The position numbers and the translations under genes are program-made. This document shows, in pieces, positions 17,891 to 33,500 of a stretch of DNA of 64,000 nt; positions within the stretch are counted from its first letter, which is position 1; each line of letters begins with the position of its first letter. This stretch comes from Blastocystis sp. Blastoise (taxonomy: Eukaryota; Protista; Bigyra: Opalinata). The notes beneath the pieces are model-generated. The model did no database searches. It was not told the origin of the DNA and was given only the letters and a program-made list of their open reading frames with translations. Where the stretch lies: positions 2,294,001-2,358,000 of the forward strand of contig JBBPEB010000014.1 in NCBI GenBank assembly GCA_039096225.1, given 5' to 3'.

Positions 17891-18180
17891 TAAATATTAT
17901 ATATATTTTATTATATTATTTATTATATGTTTTATTATCTTTTTTTTATATATTTATTATTATTGTTTTCTATTATTTGTTTTTATGATTATTTGATAAT
18001 ATTTAATTTGTTTGTTTTGTTATATCGTTTATTATTACACCACAAAAAGAATAAAAAAAGCCAATAAATGAAAAAATAGAGAATATTTAAAACCATTTTT
18101 ATTCGCCAATTATTGTTTTAAGGTGCGTCATACTTTTGCACTGCTTTTCGATTTTATAAAATCACTGAAACTCTGACAAA

Positions 18181-18386
18181 AAATTTCACTGCTCACCACT
18201 GGGGAAACCAAAGCAAAAAAGTCGTTGGACCTTTTGTCAGCTACCCTTTAAAATTTTTTCACTGCTCCACCACTGGGGAAACCAAACAGAAAAATCAAAT
18301 AACCTTTTGTCAGCTACATATTTAAAAATTTTCACTGCTCACCACTGGGGAAACCAAAACAAAAAAGTCGTTGGACCTTTTGACAG
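18181..18386. repeat. Three tandem ~73-bp subterminal repeats at the right end of the CACTA element
   Basis: Core CACTGCTC(C)ACCACTGGGGAAACCAAA starts at 18187, 18260 and 18333, each followed by ACCTTTTG(T/A)CAG. Confidence 0.95.
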
Positions 18387-18601
18387 AAACCTGAAAAAAT
18401 GTCCATAGTGTTGTTATTCTTGAAATTATTATATACTTATTAATATTAAAAAACTTTTAATTGTATGAATATTGTTAGAAAATAATTAGCAAAACTACTT
18501 TTTATATTTTATTAAAAATAATATATACATTGACAAAAAAAATTTCTCAAGAAAGAAAAGAATATATATAAAAAAGAGAAATCATAAATTATTATAATAA
18601 T

Positions 18602-20143
18602 TTAAACTCTTCCCCATACTTCATAATCTTCTACTGTAAACATATTAGCAGAATTTGCATCATCAGTATTTACAAATAATGATGATTTTTGAGGAGTATT
18701 CACTTCAGAATAAGAATGTGCATAACAATAAAAATTAGTATTACTATGACATTGATCAGATATATGGATACCATGACCATATCCAAATACTGGACCATAA
18801 GAAGAACTACAACCTATACCAAAACTACTATCAATAATTGCATAATCATATTTAGTAGGAGGAATACCATGTTCATTACTTAATGTAAACAAAAATTCTT
18901 TAGAATAAGATTTCCAACCTATATAAATTATACTGAATAATTATATACAATAACTAAACATGCAATTACTTGTTCTAGATTCCCAACTTTGATCAGTATA
19001 TCCTCCAAATATATTAATATGATTATTATGGCCTATATGCTTAATTATAGTTACTGTTTCTCCTTTATTGTTACAATATTTATGAAATTCACTTGCTTTC
19101 CAATCATGCTCACTTGCTCTAAATAATAATTTCCATTTCTTTTCTTTACCAAGCCAATTCACTAAAGGTATTTCCATTGAATAATTCATTATTATTTTTG
19201 TGCCCACAAAATATTGAGGAATCATCATTGCTTCTTTAACCTTTTCTTTTCCTTTATCACCAAATAAATTATACATTTCATTTTCTAATAATTCTCTATT
19301 TATATTCTTTGTTTCTTCGTCAGATATATAAATACAATTATATTGAATATAATCATGAATTTGATTAATATATGTATAATTAATCTTCATATACATTTCA
19401 TTATTCTCTTCATCATAATCTACATATCCATAGCAATATTCATTAACAATCTTATTCCATAATCCATTCTCCTTCCAATAATCTCTTAATATATCATCTT
19501 TCTGATCATTTATATAAAGAATAACATTATCACCTTCTTTATATGGTTTCACACCAAGATCTCTTTTATAATAAACCTTCATTAATTCTTCAGGAATAGG
19601 TAATTCACAATATTCAAATAAATCTAATAAATTCATTTGATCTCTTACTTTCAATTTATCAATATTTATTTTCTTATTCATTAAAGAATCAATTAATAAA
19701 GGAGCTACTGTTTCATCACCATGATAATCTAAATAAATGTCATCATCATTAGTTCTTTGATTTTCTTGAGAATTTTCATAAAGAAGACTACCTACTAAAC
19801 TATTTGTTATTCTTTTAGGAAGAGAATAAACTGGTCCTGCATTCGTAAATCGAATATAATCAATTCCATCATCATTATTATTCATAGTAGCATCATATTC
19901 ATTCAGAAAAGAAGATTCTTGGATAATTATTTGTGGATCATCACCATTTTTATCATTCATTGCTTCACAATATCTTATGGATTGTTTTACTAATTCATTT
20001 ATAGATTCACCTGAATGAATACAAAAACTTATTGACTTACTTAAAATACCAATCAAATCACTAATCAGTCTTTCAAAATGAATTACATCCTTCTGAATAT
20101 CACCTATCTTATCAGCATCAAATTTTACCTTCTCTTTCACCAT
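18602..20143 (-). CDS. Gene B: BTB/POZ-like + TLDc domain protein (2 coding exons)
   Basis: TLDc motifs WKLLFRASEHDWKASEFHKYC..KGETVTIIK, IFGGYT, GPVFG.GH.I.I, FTVEDYEVW. Intron starts at 18963 or 18948 and ends at 18919. BTB-like N-terminal region is inferred from motif resemblance. Confidence 0.9.
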
Positions 20144-21220
20144 TCCTAACAATAAAAGGAATAAAAGAAAAATGAAAGCCTTTTTGAATTAAAATTATGA
20201 AACTTTATTCTTTTATAGCCAAAAATTTGATAATAATCGCAAACAATTATAAAAGAACATATCTTTCATAAATTCACGATTATGTTTGATTTAATGACTT
20301 GAATTCAAAAACTAATCATGATTTTTATTTAATTAACATTCATTCTTTTCATTTCCTTATTATTCAATGAATTTGAATTTATAGTAAGAATTACTTTATT
20401 TTATTACTTATAAATTGTTATGATTTACAAGAATAGCATTAAAATAAATCAAAATAAACACTTATTATCATTCTTCATTCCATTAGTTGTGGTAATAAGT
20501 CTATTCTATATTGATTACTAATCACGATACTATGAGTGTTATTGATTCATATAGATGACTTCTGAATTCCTTTCTTTTATTTACATTTTGGTTTTTCATC
20601 TTCTTTATAAAATCTGTTTGATCATCAATTTATATTCAGTATTACTCAAATAATTTTAATTCACATGAATCACTTATCTAGGTTATGATAATGATGCTTT
20701 TTGATAATTATTCCAATTGATTCCTATATTTGTGTTTTTATATATTTAATATATATAAATTATGTTTATAATGAATTTCTCTATTCATTAAATATGACTT
20801 TATTTCCTGCAATGTTAATGTCCTTCACATTATTCGAAAATTCATTATCTTCTCTTTTCTTTTTTTAAAAGTAATGAATCATGATATATGGTATACTGTT
20901 AGAATTATTATATGAATAAGTATATTATCTCTTTCAAAACAGTTACTATAATCTATTTTTTAGTGTACCATTCAAAAGTACATAATAAACAAAATAAAAC
21001 CATGAATTCATAACAAATAATAATAAGACATTATATTAAAAATAAAAAAATATTAAAAAAACTAACATATATAATTAATAATGGCTACTATTCCATTATT
21101 GTCAAATCAAATAATACATTTAGATATATATAATTAATTGAAATTTAAATTGATATTTTTTAAAAATAATAAAATAAATATATACTACAAATAGCAACAT
21201 AAAAAAACATATAAAAAAAT

Positions 21221-24200
21221 TTAATATATTTTTTTGAGTTTATACTTTACTTGATTTTCCTGAATAAATGAAGAATTTTTTAATTGTTGCTCATATATAT
21301 TTATTAATTCATCTGAAATATCATTACGGTTATAAATGATAAACTCCCTCAATTTTGGGATTTTTCCAGTAGTTATAAAGTCGATCAATTTTGATAGGCT
21401 TTCCTTATAATGAATATTTATTTTAAAACTTTTTAAATATTTAGTTTTATTTTCATTTATGCAATCAAATAATGTCTCTATCTCATATTTATTCATCACT
21501 TTATCTATATATATATATATAAATATAAATATGCTACTACAATAGTTATACTTTGAGAACCAACTAATGTATCTATAAATGAATTCTTATCATATTTACA
21601 TCGAAGAATAGAAGTATTAGAATCATAAATATATTTAGTATAATTAATATCTATAGAATCATAAAATTAATGAATATGATAATATTATTTATATTAACTT
21701 ACCAATTAATTGAATACTAGTTGATAATGGAAAGTTATTATGATTAATATACGTACATATCGTTTGAAAAAAATCTTTCAGCCAATCTTTATTCAAGTTA
21801 CCTATGAATATATATAATATTTAACAAAAACAATTATTATATAATAAAAATATTAAACAAAAAGATTCAGATGTATAATATATTATTATTACTATTAATA
21901 TATACAAATATCGATAGATTTCAATTTAGGGAAATTATCTTTAGTATATAGTTCACAAAAGTTTTCATCTGGTATATCATTAATGTCTAGAATAATATTT
22001 ATTAAGAAATAAATAGATATAGTATATTGTATAATTAAAACATATACATACTTAAATATAATTCAGTTATATTATGAAAACAACCTTTGAGAATTAATCG
22101 ATTTATAGCAGTCATATAGAAACCTAATAAAAATAATAAATTCAATTAATTAATTATTAGTATAAAAATTATATATATATATAATATACCTTTTATTCTA
22201 ACAATAGAAGCCTTTGAAATTATTTTGTCCAATATATTCTCGAATACAGGTAAATATTCAGAGGTTAAGAATACGCTAATAGAATTTACTATATATAAAT
22301 ATATTATAATATATATTAAAATATACAATCAATGGTTAATTCATGAAGAGAATTAATTTTATTATTGTTAAAGATATTTGATATCCATTCTAAAGATTCT
22401 AAATTCATCATTCCATTAACTATATATATTATATAAAGTATAGTAATAATAATATATAAATAAAGAGTATACATGTAACACTTAAAAAGTTCAAATGTTG
22501 TAATATATTACTCTTTAAAAAGTTTTCTAAAGATTTTTTTGTATCTTCATTTATATAGTCTATAAATAAGTATATATATATATATATATATATATTAAAT
22601 GAATACATCCGAATGTAATACGTAAACGATCAATATTTTGATAATCATTCTCAAAATTATCTAATTTTTTGGTATTTATAAAATCAGAACTATCAACTTT
22701 ATAGTATATGAATATATTTAATATATAACATATAAAAAAAAATATTAAATATAAATAATAAACATTTATACTATCAAGTTTAGAAATAGAAATAAGATTC
22801 TTCTTAAGTAATGTCTTTAAATGTGGTAAAGAATAGATAAACGTATCTATATAAAAAAAGAAGAATTATATAGAGAATGTGATATTATTAACTACATATA
22901 TACTATATAACTGTGTAGAAACTTCATCAATACGAATTGATTGAGTATAAACTAGATTATCCAAGAGATTAACTATTTCCTCCTTATCGTTGATACCAGG
23001 TCTATTTAATTTAATAGTATCAATTATAGACATTAAATCCATAGGAAACAAAAGCATAAAATTGTCAGTAGCTAGAATAAAATGAATATATAATTAATTA
23101 ATATATAAATATACTTATTTCACAATCGTAATTGATAATATGTAATTTTGGGAAACATTCTTTCTTTAACTTAGATAATAAAAATGATCCTATAATTATA
23201 TTTACAATTATATTATATTACATTATATTATTCATATATTTACGATTATCATAGATGAGTTCAGTAACATTTGGAAATACATGAGTTGCCATTATTTTAT
23301 TAAATCGATTATAATCAATTTTATCAGCTAATATTCTAACTATATTAAATAATAATATAGAGTAATAGTATTGTAATAATAACTAGACACAAATACTCCA
23401 CGTTAAACTTAATGTAGTTAAAGAATCAAAATTACCCACTTCTAATGATTTTATAATAATCATAGCGTCATTTTCAGAATATGAATAAACTAATGTTTAA
23501 TATTATATTTATAATGTATTTATTTACATCCATTAAACTCGATTTCTGAAAGAGATAAATAAGAACAAAGTTGTAATAATTGAGACATACCCAATTTTGA
23601 AGATATTTCATCAATACTAATTAGTATATATATATAGAAGAATAAATTAATGATATCAAAAAATATATTTATGAACATACTACATTTTTTTATGCTTTTT
23701 ATGATCTATATATATAAGAATTATTAATGAAAATATTTTATTCTATATATATATGTACTATCAAATGTAATTCTAGCCATATCTTTAAATTTATTATAAC
23801 AAGCCATGTCACTATTTTTAACTTTTGAATAATCATTTGTGTATATAGCTTCAGTAATAGTATTTCTATCCAATTTGGGTAATTGACTATTTTTTTTTCT
23901 TTTACTACCAGAAACAATCAAATCATTAGAATAATATATAGGATTGGTATCTAAAGAAGAAATATTATTATATTTATTCATTTCAGATTCTGTGTAATAA
24001 TCATATTCTTCAGGTTTATTTGTTTTAGAATCATCACTATAGGATTGACGAGCAGATTTTATTTTATATTCATCACTTCTTTGATTCAATAATAATCCAT
24101 TTTTTGTTTGTTTTGTTGTTACTATTATTATTAATAATAGTCATTATATGATATATATATATATATATATATATATACCATATATTATTAATTCTTCTAA

Positions 24201-24288
24201 TGAAGGGAATATATCTTGAATACATGATGGACATATATATTCTAATGGAATATTTGATGCATAATCATCTATATTATTATTATTTATA

Positions 24289-24319
<31 letters not shown>

Positions 24320-24945
24320 CATTCAATTCTAATATTAGTAATATTTATCATCTTAAAAAGAAGAGAATAATAAAATAATTTATCTTTTCGTTGAGGTGTC
24401 AATAATCCTATATATATATTATTTGTAAAGAATAATATAAAACTACCTTTCATGATTATTTTTTTCTTAATTGTGTTAAATAGATCTATAGGAGTATCAT
24501 ATAACAGTCTTTTAGTTGTATCTCCTTCAAATATCTCATAATTATTTTCTTTAAAATATTCAATAAATAATTCTTTAATATGGAAGACTAAATCACTTTG
24601 AATTTCATCATCAAGTCTAGCTGAATATTCATAAAGTGTTTTATATATATCATAACTTTCTTGTAGATTTAAAGAAGAAATATCTTTATTTTCATCATTA
24701 AAAAAGGAAACCACTTTTTCCATATGAAAAGGAAGCATATCTATATAATAGCTGCCATCATCATATTTTTCAGAGTGTTGAATAATATCATGAAATAATG
24801 ATTGAGTATTCTTCTTAATAAATTCTCCAGGAATCCACAACTGCGTCTCATCTTGAAATGTAAATAAATCTATACATAAATTAATTTTTTTCATTCATAT
24901 TCAAATACATTTTTCTTCAGTTAATTCGGCTACACTTTCTGACAT
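21221..24945 (-). CDS. Gene C: multi-exon protein with a BTB/POZ-like N-terminus and degenerate LRR-like repeats
   Basis: ATG at 24945 (MSESVAELTEEK|YLFTFQDETQLWI...DGSYYID). Recurring FPxLxxL/PxLxxL motifs across many short exons. Clear paralog at 47618-51305. Confidence 0.75.
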
Positions 24946-25900
24946 GGCTTTTTAAACTAAATAAATATGAGGATCACAAAATGATATAGAAAAATAACAA
25001 TATTTTATATATATAATATGTAGATTCATGGAATTTACGGTGTTAAATAAGAAAATAATATTTATTTCAATTATTTAAGAATAATAAATAAAAAATTAAT
25101 GTAGAATAAGTTTTTTCTCTCTTTTATCTCACTATTAGCTTTCTTCTAGTATTTCTTTTTTTTATAGTCACAAAAATAAATCATGATTATTCTAAAATAT
25201 ATGCTTTATAATTATAGATTTCCCATGATTTAAAACAAAAATAATCATGATTTTTAATTTTTATTTATTATTTAGTTTAGATGTTAATTCAGTTGTTAAA
25301 ATAAAAAATAGTTTTCATTAATTGAATTTATTAGGTTATATTGATTTCTCCTGATTTATTTAGAATATAATGAGGCCATAACAAGGTAATTATTGAGAAT
25401 CAGCTTCAATTATATTTATTTCCAGTTAATTTATTATTTACATTATGTTACTATAACTATAATAAATAATATCGCATTATTTTAAAATCAAATTATTCTT
25501 CTTTATTTCCATTTGGAAGAATTAACTTATAATAAACCAAGATTTTAAGCATCTAAATTGTTTAGAGAACTTAATAAAGTAGAATCAATATTTCTTTTTA
25601 TTATTCTAATATAGAAGAAGTCAAAATTATCAAAATGATATCTTCAAAATATAATTATAATAGAATCTGATTGTAATTATAATGATATAATAATTGTCAT
25701 TTAGTCTAATACTGTTATTTTTAAATAAAAGAGTTTTTTGTCTTTAAAACTATAAAAACAAGGAATAGTATGAACAATGTTTTTTTATTTATTAATATAT
25801 ATAGATTTGAGAAAAACTTAATTAATATTTATATCATAAAAAAACAATTCTTAAGCAACTAAAAAAATAAAATATAATTATATAGATAAAAAAATTTACT

Positions 25901-28900
25901 TTACTCTTTGTTTTCATTTTCATCGATAGTTGAAATAGAAGAAATAGAATCATTTTTCTCTACACCTTCTTTATATGTTTTTATATCATTTTGTAAATGA
26001 GGAATAAATAGAGGAGGACTATAAGCTTTGTTGTCAAGTTCCTGTTGAATATCGAGATCCGAAGGAATAACAGTTCGACTAATACGATTTATAGGAGATA
26101 TACTATTATTTCTATTAGAACTTGTTAATAAAGTATTCTTATTTTTTTGTTTCTTTGATTTCTCTTTATGATTCATTCTTTTTGTTTTTTTATTTATTTT
26201 TTCATCATTATTTATAATATTTTCAGTATTATTCTTATTACTTTCAATAATAGTTTCATTATTAGTATGAGAATGAGACAAAGAAATAGGATAGATTAAT
26301 GGATTAGGAGAGGATAATGGGTTTTGAGATGAATATCCTGAAGAAGAAATAGAAGAAGTTCGATGTCCAGAATAATAGCCAAAAGAAGAATTTCGATGAG
26401 AAGGAGAGACAAGAGAAGGAGAACCATTTGAATTATATCTATTTGATGAATTATTCCATAAAGGAAGAGGAGATTGACTGAAATCTAATCGATAATTATT
26501 ATTTGTATATATAGGTATATGAGATAATGTATTATTAGAAGAAATAGGAATTTGATTTGATATATTGATTGATGAATCATTCAATAGTTTAGCTTGATCT
26601 ATAGTAGATAGTATAGGTATAGGTATATTTGAATTATTAAGAATAGGTGAATGACCATTAGTATAAGAATGAATACCTGATCGAGTAGGAGATATAGTTG
26701 AATTAGATATAGGATGAGGAGATGTAGAAGAATTATTATGATTATAATTTAATATGATTTGAGGAGGAGTAGTTAGATTATTATTATTATTTTCTTGATT
26801 TATAGATTGATTATTAATAGAAGATTGAGGAAGAATAATCATAGATTTCACACGATTTGAATTATTATTATTATTTTTATTCTTATTCATTTGATTCATT
26901 TTTGATGCATTTAGAGCATCTATATTAAGAGATCTTCTTGTTAATAATGATTTACGATCTATTATTATAGTATCTGGTAATTCATTATTTTCTTCACAAT
27001 TCTTATTTATAGTTGATGAATCGACTGGATCATGAGGAGATTTAGAATTATTATTATTATTATTATTATTATTTATAATCTTTGAATCTTCTTCTATTGG
27101 ACTTTTAGATCCTTTTTTAACTTTACGAATAATAATTTTCTTTACTTTCTTCTTATTCTTATTATCTTCATTTAAATTATTATTATTATCATCTTTTATA
27201 TCTTCAATAGTTTCAGAAACAGGAGAATTACTATTTTTCTTAACAATCTTCTTTACTATACGTTTCTTAATAATCTTCTTTACTTTACGTTTAGGTTTCT
27301 CTTCTGTTGATTCTATAGGTGTATTGGATTCATTATTATTCTCATTATTTTCTTTATGAATAATATCAACAATATTGTCATCATTATTAATAATAATATT
27401 ATTTTTCTTTGATTTATAAGAATCTAAACTACTATGTTTTGATGAAGAATTAGAATTAGAATTTGATTTTGAATTTGATATAGAAACACTTGAATTCATG
27501 GATTGATGTTTAGAATCTACTATAGGTTCATGAGATATATTTAATATAGACATAGAAGCTCTAGAAGGATGATTCTGTTTTGGTGAAGATAGTATATTCA
27601 TAGAAGATCTCATATTTCTTATTGTAGAAGGATCTATAGTTTTTGATAAAAATTCTCTTCTAGAATTTAAACTAAAAGTATTCTTTGAATTATTGTCTTG
27701 AATATCATCATTATTATAATTATTATTCTTTCTTTGATTCATATTCAATAGAGTTCCTCCACGTAAGAAATTAGGATTTCCTACAACAGAATCTGCTGTG
27801 ATTATCATCTTTTTATTATTATTATTAGAAAATGAATTATTATGACTATTATTACGACTATTATAAAGATGAGAACTATCTCCACTTCCATCAATATCTA
27901 ATCCCATAGATAAATCTTCAGTATCATTACTATATAAATGATATCGATCTCTATCTTGATCTCTAGAATTGAATTTATGATCAAAACTATTACTATTCTT
28001 ATGATGATATTGTGAATAGGATAAATATAAAGATGGTCTATGAATAGAATCTTGATCATAAGTACTACAAGTACTACTCGTACGATGGAAATTATTCATT
28101 GAATAAGATCGAGTTATATTTGCATTATAATATTCATTAAATGATATTGTATGAATACTATGACTAAATAATGAATGTTCTAAATTCATATTCATAGTTG
28201 CTTGTAATAAAGGTAATAAACGTTCTTTATCATTATTATCTGTTGATTTTAAAATAGGAGATGTAGATCCTATTGTTGATGAAGGAATACTATGAGAATC
28301 AACATTATTTATATCTATTCCTTCAGGTATATTCATATCTGTATTACTATTAATAGAAGAAGAACGTTCATTATGAATAGAAGAAGAATCACTTGAAGGA
28401 AATTGTAAGGATATATATCCAGGAGAACTAAATGAACGAGTTAAAGATTGAGGTTGTAATTGTAATTGCTGTAAATAAGTATAATATAACTATAAAAAGA
28501 ATTTTTTAATGTTATTATAATAATATAATAATAATAATAAATATATATATACCTGTAAAGCTTTTATACGTTTAATTCTTCGTTTAATTTCTTGTTCATT
28601 TTTATTTACTATAATAGATTTTTCTTTCCATAATTCATCTTGTTTCATTTTCTGTTGAGTTTCAAAAGCATATTGATTTTCTGTTAATCGATATTTACCT
28701 CGATCTCTTAAATCAATACCACTATTGATCCATTCTTGTGTTTCACTATGCCATTGATCTTCAATTCGATCACTTTCTTTTGTTGTCTCTAATTTCACAA
28801 AGGTCTTATTCATAAAATCCCATCGAAATTTATATCGTAATAACATAAATAATAAATATCTATAGAAAGATAAATATTATTTTTATAAATAATTTAAAAT

Positions 28901-30519
28901 ATAATAAATAAAATAATAAAAATAATAAATAATAATAAAAAAAAACAACTTACAATAAAATAATAAAACAAGGAAGATAAACAAAGCAAATAATCATTGT
29001 AATTGTATTAATTTGAAAATTTTGATTTGTATATATATAAGGATACGATCCTTTTGATAATTTTGGTCTTATAATAATACCATAAACACCACTTTCTTTG
29101 ATATTACATAGAATCATACTTTTTTCAAATCGATATTGAATTTCATCTAAACATTCAAATTCATTTCGTTTCTCATTTAATTTAGCAATACAATGTTCAT
29201 CTTCTGTAATATCTAATGGATGACGATAATAAGTATTATTTTGAAGTACACGAGGTAATAACCATACTTTACGAGGGAACATTAAATCGATCTCTATTGC
29301 ATTGATTAACGATTCTACACGTTTATTATAAATATCTATAAAAGTTAAATTTAATATTAATCCATGTTGAATTACAGGTAAATGTAAAGATAATAAAGAA
29401 GAATCATATCGAGGAGGTTCATATATAGCTATAGGTTTTCCTGAAATAAAACGTAATTCTTGAAGACGTGTATAATTATTAGCTTTATATGTATATTGAT
29501 TTAATTGTGAAGATGATAATGTTGTTATAGATAAAAATATAGGTAAATTTGTAGAATGTAATTGAGCTATATAAAAATAATATATTTTTTAATTAATTAA
29601 ATAATTAATATATATATATATATACCATGAGGTGTATGTATATAACCATAAAAATCATTCGTTTGAGTATATAGAATAATTTGTTTTGATTCTTGACCTA
29701 ATAAAGTAATACGATAATCATAAGGAAGTATATCTCTTGGATTTAAATATAAACATTCTGATATAGAATAATGACAACTACCATCAAAACATCTATAAAA
29801 AAATATTATTATTATTATTATAAAATAAATAAAATAAAAATAAAAAACAACCATACCTATACATATTATTTGGACAATTATACAATCCTTTACACGATAA
29901 TGTAGATTCTGTTTCTGAATTGAAAGATATACATGTAGAATCAGGACATCTTAATTGATTCTTCATACATCCATAAGTAATAGGACATGTTAATCTACAA
30001 ATACCATCTGAACATAATTGATATGTAGATATAAAACAACTATATGTATTATTATTTGAATATAAAATAGGAATAAAAATAGATAATGTTGTAGAATCAT
30101 AATGAATATTAATTTGATTTGATTTTTCTTTAGAATAAATAGAATAATCATAATAATGATAAGGTGAATAAATAGATCTTCCTACTTGTTGTCCTGATGG
30201 TGATATAAATATAGAATTACAATCGATATTGATATCTACACAAATACCATTAGGACATCTTTTAGGAGATGTAGTAGGACAAGGAGGAATAGGAGGACAA
30301 AGAGAAATATCACGAAAAGACCCATCAGGACATAATGTAATCGAAGAAAAAGGAGAAGGAGAAGGAGAAGGAAGAGATGAAAATAATGTTATATTTAATG
30401 TTTCACAATAAAGAGGAGAAGATACACATAAATCATTATAACAATGATAAGGAAGATTCTCAGGACAATTTGATAGTAATGGACAATCACCTTCATTTAA
30501 TACACATGTACCTATAAAA

Positions 30520-30551
<32 letters not shown>

Positions 30552-33500
30552 CCATCAGGACATTCTACAGGTAAATGTGAAGGACAAAAAGGAAGTCTTT
30601 CTGGATCTTGCTAAATATAGATATTATTATTATATTAATAAAATAAAAATAAAAATAAAAATTAATAAAATAAAAAATAAATAAAAAAACAAATAAAAAA
30701 ACAACATACATTACAATTTATACACGGTTTACATAAACTATAATGAGCTACACAACTCATATCATCACATAGAAACGGAATATCTTTTGGACAAATAGGT
30801 CTTTTTGGACAACTTCTATATATAAAACTAATTTCTTGATCTGTTTCTTTTCCTTGTATTAATGTATAATTTTCTATAGAATTATAAGGATTATCAGATT
30901 GATCTTCATTTATAATATTTAAAGATAATAAAATAGGTGAATATCGCTGACCATGTAAAGGAATACAATCTCCAGAAGCACATGCTTGAGAATGATATAT
31001 AGAACATCTATTTAATAATAAACATTGTGAAGGATGAGAAACACATTGACCATTTGGACATATATAAGATTGATTAATAGGACAAGAATATGTATTAGAA
31101 TTTAGAATAGAAGAACATTCATTTCTTGTAGAAACACAAGTACCATTAGAACATAATATAGGATGAAGAGGAGAACAACCATTAATAAATGTACATTCAT
31201 TAGCATTCCTTACACATTCTCCTCGAATACATTTATAAGGTCTTTCATGAGGACAAGAATGATAGGTATATTCAGTTGTACAATTATAAGAATATTTCAC
31301 ACAACGACCTGTTGGACATTTATAGGGAGATGATAATGGACAACCTATATATATTATTATTATTATTATTATTATTTATTTATTTATTAATTAATATATA
31401 TATGTAATAATAATAAACTTACCATTATCACTAAGACAATCTTCTTCTTTTTCAACACATAATCCATTATATAATCCTGTTTTACACATATAATTATAAG
31501 GAGATGTACATATAGTTCGATCAGTACATAAAGAAGAAGAAGCACGACAACTACCATCAGAACAACGAATATAATTTGTATTATAATTACTTGTATTACA
31601 AGGCATAATCAAAGGACAATCTGTATACGATTTCACACATATACCTATAGCACATCGAATTGGTTTATCTTCACTACATAATGAAGGAAGACTAGAAAAA
31701 TAAGAATATAAATATTGACGATCTACAAAATAAACTAAAGGAGATTCAAAGAGTTCTGAAGAAAATAAGGATAGTTTATTATTAGTATTATTATTTTTGT
31801 TAAATAATTTATGTTCATATTCATTTAATAAAGGAGATGATTTCTGAAGATTATTTTCTGTAAAGAAAGATTTATCCATATATTTCATAAAAGAATCGAT
31901 TATTGTATTATATAGAGTATTTATTATAGATTTTATATTATTCATTATTTTATTAAGATAACTATTATTATTTATATCTGTATTCAATAATGAATTAACA
32001 AATAAAGAAGGAGAAGGAGATGTATCTTCAGGAATAAATGAATAAGAAGAATAAGGACAATAAAAAGTAGATATCATACATAAACCATTCTCACATTGTT
32101 TATATGGAGCAACACATAAAGCTAGATAATATTTATTTATTATTATAAATATAAATATTATTATTATTATAAATAAAATAATAAAATAAAATATAATAAA
32201 ATAAAATAAAATAAAATAAAAATAAACAAACATACGACTACATTCTTCATCTTCTTTAATACATTCACCATTATAACATGATTTAGGTTTAGAAGAAGAG
32301 CAACCATTCGAAAGAGGACAATCTTCTATAGATTGACGACATGTACCATCTAAACAACGTATATATCCATTAGTATTACAAGTCCAATCACACGAAGAAT
32401 GATAAATATCTATATTATTCTTTGAACTATCTTTTGTATAACATATTAATGTATTATGACACCATCCACTAAATTGATCATTATTACAATTATCATTCGA
32501 TATACATTCTTCTTTTGAAGATACACATAATCCTGAAATACATTTATAAGGTTTAAACATAGGACATAAAGGTTCAGAACATAAAGAAGAATCACGAACA
32601 CATGTACCATCAGAACATAAATATTTATCATAACTACAAAAACCAGTCACATAATGATCACTTTCCATTGAATATTTATCTAAAAAAAGATATTTATTAT
32701 ATTATAAAAAAATATATATTATTATAAAAAGATATATATATAAAATAAAATAAAATAATAAAATAAAATAAAACAACAATAAACACCTACTATAATAACC
32801 TTCATATCCATTAATACAATCACTTCGATCTTTAACATACTCTCCATGAATACTACAGAAACTAGTAAATTTAGTAACTTGTCTTGCTCCTGTAGTAATA
32901 CATTTTCCATTAAGACAATTCGAAGGTACATAAGGAGGTATAGGTGGACAATCATCTTCAGAAACATGACATGATTGATCCCAACATAATATAGGATTTG
33001 TAGTTGGACAATATAATAATGGACATTTCTTTGTTATAAATACACAACTACCATCATTACATAATTTATAATTAATAGGACAATGAATAGTATTAAGACA
33101 TTGATTCTGATGATAATGACATAATCCATCACTACATAAAATAGGTTTATTTCTTGGACATATACGATAAGAAGGACATTGTTCACTTTGAGATATACAA
33201 CTACCCTCTATACATCGTTTACTACCTTTAGGACAAAGAGGAGGAGGAATAGAATTCGATAAGATATTCGATTGAAAGGATGTATCTGTAGATAATGGAT
33301 CCCAATAATATTTATTTATAGAAGTTAAAGATCCTTCTATAGAAGCAATAGGATCTCCTGTAGGTATAAAATAGGGAGATATACTATATATATAATAACT
33401 ATCATCACTATAATGTATATTATATCTTCTACAAGGATAAAATTGATAATTACGTGAACATAAATGTTGATATCGATCTTTTATTTTATTTATACAATTA

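Noticed and set aside
18181-18386. CRISPR-like repeat-spacer pattern
   Set aside because: The intervening sequences are homologous to each other, the context is eukaryotic and there are no cas genes; these are transposon subterminal repeats.
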